In this document: one piece after another, positions 9,099 through 15,524 of the stretch
Numbering within the stretch: the stretch's first letter is position 1
Layout: each line of letters opens with the position of its first letter
NCBI GenBank assembly: GCA_000388065.2
Contig: KB932202.1
Origin: Fonticula alba ATCC 38817
Lineage: Eukaryota > Protista > Nucleariida
Length of the DNA: 15,524 nt
Strand: one strand, 5' to 3'
Made by a program: the position numbers and the translations under genes
Notes under the pieces: generated by a model
Told to the model about the DNA's origin: nothing
The model's input: the letters and a program-made list of their open reading frames with translations, nothing else
Database searches by the model: none

Positions 9099-9780
9099 TC
9101 AGAGGTTAGCCTCAGCCTCCAGGGTGGCGCGAATCTTCTCGGCCAGCTGCTTCAGCTCCTCGCCCTCCAGCGGCTTGACATTCCACTCCAGCTGCAGACC
9201 GGTGTTGGTGTCCGGACGGGGGATAATATGGAAGTGCACATGGTCCACGGCCTGGTGGGCCATGCGGCCGTTGTTCTGCAGGATGTTGTAGCTGACCAGC
9301 GGCTTGTCCGGGATCTCGCCACCGACGTTCGGGGTCTGGTGGAGGTTCAGCGCATGGACGATGCGCTTGGCCGCCGGGAGCAGCTCAGCCAGCTCCTCAT
9401 CGGGCACCTCATGCATGAAGGTGGCGTGGGACTTGGGGATGACGAGCTGCACATATGTTGCGAGCGCAGGAACAGCCGGGGGAGCACAACAGGGAGAGAG
9501 AGCGAGCGAGAGAGAGCGAGCGAGAGAGAGAGAGAGCGAGAGAGAGAGCGAGAGAGAGAGGGGGGAGGAGCTGTGAGAAATGGAACGCCGACGTATATAT
9601 ATATATGTGCATGTGGGAAGGAGGGGTGTTATTGGGAGCGATGAGGCGAGGTCGACGCACAGCATGGCCCTTGGACAGGGGGTTAATGTCGAGGAAGGCG
9701 AAAACGCGGCTGGTCTCCAGAATGCGGTGGGAGGGAAGCTCACCGCGAATGATGCGACAGAAAATGCAGCCGGCAGACAT
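9099..9780 (-). CDS. HNT1: HIT-family nucleotide hydrolase (HINT1/Hnt1-type adenosine monophosphoramidase), 155 aa, 2 exons
   Basis: Exon 1 is 9780-9661 (MSAGCIFCRIIRGELPS...AFLDINPLSKGHA), the intron is GTGCGT..TGCAG (9660-9447), and exon 2 is 9446-9099 (LVIPK.H...YNILQNNGRMAHQAVDHVHFHIIP...LEW). Histidine triad HVHFH is intact. Confidence 0.96.
9493..9560. repeat. Compound (GA)n/(GAGC)n microsatellite in the HNT1 intron
   Basis: Direct reading; CT-rich on the sense strand. Confidence 0.9.
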
Positions 9781-9947
9781 CGTGACGGGAGAGAGGGGAG
9801 GAGGGAAGAATCGGGATGCGAGAGCGCGAACAGCACACTCGGAGCGGGGAGGGGGGGGGGGGCGGGAAGAGGGTGTGGTTTGCCCGGCCGAGACCGTGTC
9901 TCGTAGCACCAAACCCCTTTGTAAGTCCCGGCGACACTGTTGCCCCT

Positions 9948-9948
<1 letters not shown>

Positions 9949-9978
<30 letters not shown>
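9949..9978. repeat. 30-nt poly-C tract between the divergent HNT1 and WD40 genes
   Basis: Direct reading. Confidence 0.9.
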
Positions 9979-9979
<1 letters not shown>

Positions 9980-10220
9980 TCGCGCTCCACACCCACAGGT
10001 GTTCCCCCCCCCGCGCCGGGATGTACGGTTGGGCGACCCCGACACACGGCCCATGCGTCGGCAGTTGTCGGCGCTTGCGATCGGTCCCCCGCCCACATGA
10101 ATGCCGCTGGCTTGCTGCTCGCTCGGGGGACGGGCCCCGAGAGATCGCCTCCGCCCTGTTCACATACATCATTCCTCCTCCCCTCCCCCTCCCGCCCTTT
10201 GAGGCGTTTGACTTCGCGCC

Positions 10221-10431
10221 ATGGGATTGTCCTCCGCATCGCCGCCGCCACCGCCGCCACCGCCCGAGCGCATTGCCCGAGGACATGTGGCTGCCGTCAC
10301 GGCCGCCGTCCTCAGCCCGTTGCCCTCGCTGCCATACCTGTTCAGTGGGTACGTCCCTTGACCATCGGGGCTGGTCTGCCTGGCCACACATCCACCCGCA
10401 TCCACCCGCATCCACCCGCATCCACATCTGC

Positions 10432-10514
<83 letters not shown>

Positions 10515-12378
10515 ATCGCGCTCGCGCCCGCACAGCCATGGGCCTCCCTTCCGATGTGGGATAGAGTCTAACTTGGACCTTGCCACAGCGATGCGGCCGG
10601 GGCCCTGCGTGCCACCCACATCCATACCTACCGATCCGTGCACCTGACATCGGTCGGGGAACTGATGCGGCCGTTGCTTGCAGATCCCGAGCGCGCGGTC
10701 CCAACAAGCTTGAAGAACGTCGACACGAGCCAAAGTCATGGGCATTTCGCGGTGCTCGGCATTGGCTTGGCTGGCTTGCAGTTGGCCATCCAAACGCGCT
10801 TCGGGGATTTGCTCTTTCTCCAGCTATCTGACCGGCTGCTGGCCATTGGAGGCGATGCGAGCACAGTCGCGTCAGCCGGTGGTCCGCTGATGCCACTGCT
10901 CCCGACCGCCGGGTCTGAGCTGGACTTGCTTCTGCCTGAGCGCCTCCTGGCTGCGGCATACATCCTGCCAAATGTGTCATCGCTGAGCGGTGGCCTGGCG
11001 GCGGCCTCCTTTGCCTGTCCGACGAATGGGGCATCTCGCGCCCGATGCATCCTGCCCAGTGATGTCGATGGCCGCGAGGCTGGACCCACTGGTCGGCCCG
11101 AGTCCGATCGTGTTCTCCATGTGAAAGTCATCGAGTGGACTGCCCCAAATGGCAGGCTCCTTGCCGAGCCGGCCGCTACCTTGCCGGAGCTCGGCCTTCT
11201 GGAGCCCCAGCTGGCTGGCGCTCTGACAGTCACGGCTGTGGCCCCCGGCGAGGCGGCCCCACCGGAGGCGGCCCCTCGCCCGGCGGCCAACATCAGTCCT
11301 GCCTTTGCGCAGCTTCTGCAACATGCGCCTCTCACATCGCCCAGCGGGCCAGGTTCCATGCGTCCGATTGCCCTGGCCCCGAGCGGCCGGGATCCCGTGC
11401 CTCTGCCCGGAGCGCCGGTGGGTCTCATCGAGGCAGACCTCTTTTTCGAGCTGTCCTCCGGCGCCGGCCCCACGCGTCTGCCCATGGTGACCAGCACCCT
11501 GCTGACACCGCTGCCCGGGGCATCTGGCCAGCCGGATTTCCTGGCCCTCGGTCTGGAGGATGGTCGTATTTTGGCCGGGTTGCTGCGATCGAGCGCCGGG
11601 GGGCTGATGGTGTCGGACTTTGTCCTGTCAAAGCGACTACTCCAGGAGCCAGTCTTTGCGATGGCCTTCTCCACGGACCCGGGGGCTCCCGGCCGTTCGG
11701 GCATCCTCTCGCTGGCTGGCGTCGACAGCGCGGTGGTATGCCTACCTGTCGGCCTGTCGGCCTGTGGAGAGAGGCTCACGGTGCGCAAAGGCCCTTTTCT
11801 TTTGTCCCCCCCCCCCTCCCCCCCCACGCACACACACATCAACTCAGTCCTCTGCCCGTCCGTGCCGCGTCACTGACACCCGCGGCGCCCGCTGAAAGCT
11901 ATCTGAGCGAGCTATTTCCACGCCGCTGCCATCCGGCGGGGTGGCCGCACTGGCCAGCCTGGAACTGCCCCCCCGTCGTCCGAGCACCGGGCGCGCCGCC
12001 AATGGGGTATGCCTCGGGGTAGCCTCGTGGGATGGATGTCTGCGGCTGCTGCGGGTACATGCTGGACACTTTACCTGCCGGCCCGTCGAGGGCAGCCCAG
12101 GCCTTCCGCCGGCACCGCCCTGCTTGTTGCCCCTCGCGGAGCTCCGCATGGAGCCAGAGCAGCCCCAGCAGTCACCCCTGTCGTGTCTCTCCTTGTCCGC
12201 ATGGAGCGCCCCGGCTTCCCTGGCCAGTCCCGGCCCCTCCGACTTCGGGCTGGAGATCCCCCTGCCAGGCAGCTTGCGTGGGCCCGGCGCACCGGGCAGC
12301 CACAGCGCGCCTGGCGGCCGGATCCGAGCCGTGGCCGGCGCGCGGAATGGTACTCTCGGCATTTGGCGAGTATGCTAG
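10221..12378 (+). CDS. GNB1L: GNB1L/Asa1-like WD40 protein (ASTRA/TTT-associated PIKK biogenesis factor), about 599 aa, 3 exons
   Basis: Exons 10221-10348, 10589-11780 and 11899-12378 (1800 nt, phases consistent); donors GTACGT and GTGCGC; branch-like CTAAC at 10568 and CTGAC at 11873. Exon 1 and the start of exon 2 are absent from the ORF track. Motif order matches my recollection of GNB1L/Asa1: PPPPERIARGHVAAVTA..YLFSGDAAGAL, PMVTS..LALGLEDGRI, QEPVFAMAF, GGVAAL..LGVASWDGCLRLL, terminal AVAGARNGTLGIW. The assignment is by eye, not by search. Confidence 0.72.
10389..10425. repeat. (CATCCACCCG)3 plus a partial copy in GNB1L intron 1
   Basis: Direct reading. Confidence 0.85.
10433..10514. repeat. 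82-nt pure poly-C homopolymer in GNB1L intron 1
   Basis: Direct reading; the length may be unreliable in a draft assembly. Confidence 0.85.
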
Positions 12379-12681
12379 GTGTGGGTGGGTGCGTGCGTCT
12401 ATCGATCTCTGTCGCCCCTTTTCCCCGTGGAGTGGCTCACACCTAGCTCGAAAGGAAGAAAAAAAATACAGTAACTAGACAGCTGCACAGATGGCAACAC
12501 CCTGTCGAGGGCCACGCACATATATGGATATACATATATATATATATTCAGACACAAGGGCAAGGGATGGGTTCGGAGGAGAGAGGGAGGCTCGACAGCT
12601 GGGTCGACGGGCAGGAGGGGGAAAAGGGGGGAGGGGGGAAGCAGCGGGGGGGGGGGCAGATGCAGCAGGCACGAAGGCCGC

Positions 12682-15471
12682 TCAATCGAGCATGGTGAAC
12701 TCGCTGTTGTTGACCGACGCATAGGAGGGGATCTCCTCGGGGGAGAGGAGCCCATCGGCCAGAGGGCTATCGGCCCCGGTCGCCAGACGCGAGGGACCCC
12801 GGAGCCCGGGCTCCGGCCGCGAGAGCACCGTCGGCGAGGAGGCCGAGGACCCGTAGTCTGGCAGGGCGCTTGAGGGCGTGCGAGACCCTGGCGACTCGGC
12901 CGCCGGTCCGCCCCCGCCAAACAGCGACAAGAAGCTCGGGTAACTCCCGCCAGAGGGGACAGGCCCACCGGCAACCGATGACCCAGCCAGGGTGTTGATG
13001 GGCGGGAGGAGGCCCCCGCCAGCTCCAGCTCCAGCCCGGACATCTTCCTCATCATCATCATCATGGGCCAGGTACATGAAGTCCCGGAGACGGTCCTTGT
13101 CGCGCCCGGCATTGCCATGAGTCAGGGCGCCCGAGCGGCCGACACCGGGGCCACCACTGCTCAGGTGGTGATGGTCCTCATCATCGTCATTCTCATCATC
13201 GCCATAGTCACCGCCATAGTCGCTGCCACTGGAGTCGGAAAGGTCGCTCCCCGGGTCGCCGATGAACTTCTGCAGGATGGCCTGGCGGAAGCCGACAACA
13301 CCAGTGCCGGACCGTGGCCGGACATTGGCGCCCCCGGGGCCGAGGGCCCCGCCGGCAACGCGCCCATCCCCGCCCAGAGTTCCATCGCCAAGGAGCCCGC
13401 CGGGGCCGGCGCCGGCCGTGGCCACCGTGCCGGCCAGCTCGTCATGCTGGTGGTGGAAGAGCGGCTGCGCCAGGAGCATGGGCGCATCGAAGTCATCGAG
13501 CGTGCCGGAATCGACGGCGGTCGACGTCAGCAGGGCATTCTCCCGACGCTGTTGCTCGCGCAGAGCCTGGCGCAGCTGGCGCCGGCGCCGGCGAACCATC
13601 CGATCGGCGCGCTGCTGCTCGGCCCGCATGCGGCGCTTTTCCAGCCGGCGAAGGCCCGCAGCCACGACCAGCAGCCCGGCGATGGCCAGCAGAACAGTCA
13701 GCACGGTCAGCAGGGAAATTTGCAGCACCGATAGGGCCGGCTCGCGGGCCACACTCAGCAGCACCATGCGCAGGGTGTCCGGCGAGCCGCCAGATCCCGA
13801 GCCACTGGCCGACAGGGCAGCACCGTCCTCCAGGACCGACCAGCTGAGCAGCGAGCAGACATCCTCCTGCAGGACGAGGAAGTCGCTGCACTTGCGGCAG
13901 AGCGCGTCACACCCCGTCAGGATGACATATTGCAGGTGTCCGACATAGGCCGCAAGCGAGTAATCCTGCGCCGGATGGGTGGGATTGGTGGTGTGGCCGG
14001 CATCCGAAGCGGCCGCGAGTGGGAAGGAAGAAGAAGAAGAGGAGGAGGAGAGGGAGGGGGAGGACCCATGGTCGGAGGTGCTCTCATCGTCGTTGCGGCT
14101 TTCATCGCGCCCCGGCGGGGGGAGGGTCCCCCGAGGTGGGAGGATGGATTCATGGGTGCGAGTGCAGAGGCCACTTGTTTGGTGCCAGACGCTGTGGCGG
14201 GCAGAGCGGCTGCAGTCGCGCGCCGGCGGGGCATCGGCATCCAGGGCGTCGACCGAGTGCGATGGGGCCGGCACCTGGTTGACGAAGGAGCGCAGCACCA
14301 GCGACGCCGGATCCACCTGCCAGGCCTTGACCGACAGGCCGAAGGAAAAGTTCATGCAATAGCCCAGGGTGCCGAAGCTGTGGACATTGCAGTGCTCGCA
14401 GGCCGAGTCCGAGCAGTGGAGACTGTAGTCAATGGTGCCAAACCCACGGCAGGGGGGAAGATCTTCCCCGGTGGCCGGGGGCTCGGTGTCGTCAAGGCGA
14501 ATGCACTCGTCATCTGGGCGCCGCCGGACGAGGCTATAGGTGCCGGAGGACTCGTCGAAGGTGCACACCCCGTCCTCCAGGACCACGGGCATGGTTTGCG
14601 ACACATCGCACTGGCTGTCCAGGATGGCCAAGATGTAGCACGGCCGGTCGGTGGTAGCCGGCGGCTCGGGGGCCGGGGTCGGGCTCGGGGCCGACGCGCT
14701 GTCGGAGCTGCTGGCCTCGCTGGCCGGCGTGTCGACGCATTCGAAGAATGACTGGAAGCGCAGGCCACAGGCATTGACCCGCTCGTCGCGACACTCGAAC
14801 ACCACAAACAGCTCCTCGGCCGGGGACCGGCCAAGTCCGGACCGGAAGCACTCGGTGGAGTTGGCCGCCGGGGCACCGGGCATCGACAGGATGGGAATCA
14901 CGGAGAAGGGCCGGCCGCGAGCCCGGCGCTCATAGTTGTCCCGGTCCATGGGAAACGCCGCGAAGGACACATCCAGCAGGGTTTCCTCGGCCACATAGTA
15001 CCCCACCAGGTGTTGCCCGGGTGCACAGGAGTAGGCCACCTCGTGGGACGTCTCGTATGACACCGGGCAGGAGAGCGAGAAGTCGCACTGGCACTGGGCG
15101 CATTGGCATGTCTGTCGCCGGGGAAGCCACTCCTGCTGGGCCCCAGGGAGGGGGGCTTCGGCCGGCTCGAGAGCCGGCCACGAGGGGGTCAGCTCGAGGA
15201 GCTCGGCCAGGCCCAGAGGGTGGGGAGCCAGCGACCGGTGCAGGCCGCCTCGGCGACCGGTGGCCAGGCCGGCATCCACCGCCGGCCCGCGTAGGACCGT
15301 CACTCGCGGGCGCAGGTGCTCCGGCACAAGGAGCCCGGAGGGTGGCATCGGGGCCACCAGGTCGCGCGGACGCCCCGGGCCTTGGGAGCGCGGGGGAATG
15401 TGCGCCTGCGCCATGCGGGCCACCAGGAGGATGGCCGCCAGGGCGAGGCAGAGCAGCCGAGCACTATTCAT
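12682..15471 (-). CDS. Uncharacterised single-pass type I membrane protein (929 aa, intronless) with a Cys-rich ectodomain and long low-complexity cytoplasmic tail
   Basis: Long ORF with an N-terminal signal peptide (MNSARLLCLALAAILLVARMAQA), Cys-rich segments with Ser/Pro linkers, a hydrophobic helix at about aa 582-607 (nt 13728-13651) followed by RRLEKRR (positive-inside rule), and an acidic/Gly/Ser-rich tail. No family recognised. Confidence 0.85.
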   Translation of the reverse strand: MNSARLLCLALAAILLVARMAQAHIPPRSQGPGRPRDLVAPMPPSGLLVPEHLRPRVTVLRGPAVDAGLATGRRGGLHRSLAPHPLGLAELLELTPSWPALEPAEAPLPGAQQEWLPRRQTCQCAQCQCDFSLSCPVSYETSHEVAYSCAPGQHLVGYYVAEETLLDVSFAAFPMDRDNYERRARGRPFSVIPILSMPGAPAANSTECFRSGLGRSPAEELFVVFECRDERVNACGLRFQSFFECVDTPASEASSSDSASAPSPTPAPEPPATTDRPCYILAILDSQCDVSQTMPVVLEDGVCTFDESSGTYSLVRRRPDDECIRLDDTEPPATGEDLPPCRGFGTIDYSLHCSDSACEHCNVHSFGTLGYCMNFSFGLSVKAWQVDPASLVLRSFVNQVPAPSHSVDALDADAPPARDCSRSARHSVWHQTSGLCTRTHESILPPRGTLPPPGRDESRNDDESTSDHGSSPSLSSSSSSSSFPLAAASDAGHTTNPTHPAQDYSLAAYVGHLQYVILTGCDALCRKCSDFLVLQEDVCSLLSWSVLEDGAALSASGSGSGGSPDTLRMVLLSVAREPALSVLQISLLTVLTVLLAIAGLLVVAAGLRRLEKRRMRAEQQRADRMVRRRRRQLRQALREQQRRENALLTSTAVDSGTLDDFDAPMLLAQPLFHHQHDELAGTVATAGAGPGGLLGDGTLGGDGRVAGGALGPGGANVRPRSGTGVVGFRQAILQKFIGDPGSDLSDSSGSDYGGDYGDDENDDDEDHHHLSSGGPGVGRSGALTHGNAGRDKDRLRDFMYLAHDDDDEEDVRAGAGAGGGLLPPINTLAGSSVAGGPVPSGGSYPSFLSLFGGGGPAAESPGSRTPSSALPDYGSSASSPTVLSRPEPGLRGPSRLATGADSPLADGLLSPEEIPSYASVNNSEFTMLD

Positions 15472-15524
15472 CAGGCGGGTGGCTCGTCGCCGCGTGCAGG
15501 TGGGTGGGCGTACTTCGGGGGGGG

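Noticed and set aside
9563-9575. Alternative CTCACAG acceptor in the HNT1 intron (minus strand)
   Set aside because: It would insert a SLSLSL repeat peptide into the conserved GHA-LVIPK core; structurally implausible and unsupported.
9638-9645. PAC-like motif GCGATGAG
   Set aside because: It lies in the HNT1 intron, not upstream of RCL1 or NOC2; a chance 8-mer in GC-rich DNA.
9781-10793. Poly-Gly N-terminal extension of ORF 9099-10793 fused to the HIT domain
   Set aside because: Antisense translation of poly-C tracts and intron sequence; the true HNT1 start at 9780 is in another frame.
13063-14935. Plus-strand ORFs opposite the 929-aa gene
   Set aside because: Antisense shadows expected from GC-rich codon usage.
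1-15524. CRISPR array, rRNA/tRNA, transposon or prokaryotic operon/defence system
   Set aside because: No spacer-repeat structure, RNA-gene signature, transposase or terminal repeats were seen. All repeats are simple sequence, and the genes are spliced eukaryotic genes.

Overview
This is GC-rich eukaryotic draft-genome sequence with spliceosomal GT-AG introns, C/CT-rich intron tracts and two N gaps (1248-1431, 6320-6734). Gene content and fungal-like splice signals suggest a unicellular opisthokont, for example a Fonticula-like holomycotan; this is inference and was not verified. Hand-built spliced models give six genes: NDUFB7 (-), RCL1 (+), NOC2 (+, partly hidden by a gap), a HINT/HNT1-type HIT hydrolase (-), an expanded GNB1L/ASA1-like WD40 protein (+), and an intronless 929-aa orphan type I membrane protein (-). 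A possible seventh minus-strand gene runs off the left edge. Most of the ORF track is antisense, intron or repeat artefact. I see no prokaryotic operon, CRISPR array, rRNA/tRNA or mobile element, and I cannot demonstrate a new multi-gene system. The best leads are the orphan receptor-like protein, unusual splice-site usage (+4C donors, an intronic array of the donor hexamer, AAG acceptors, a competing truncating acceptor) and changes at functionally studied sites in RCL1 and NOC2.
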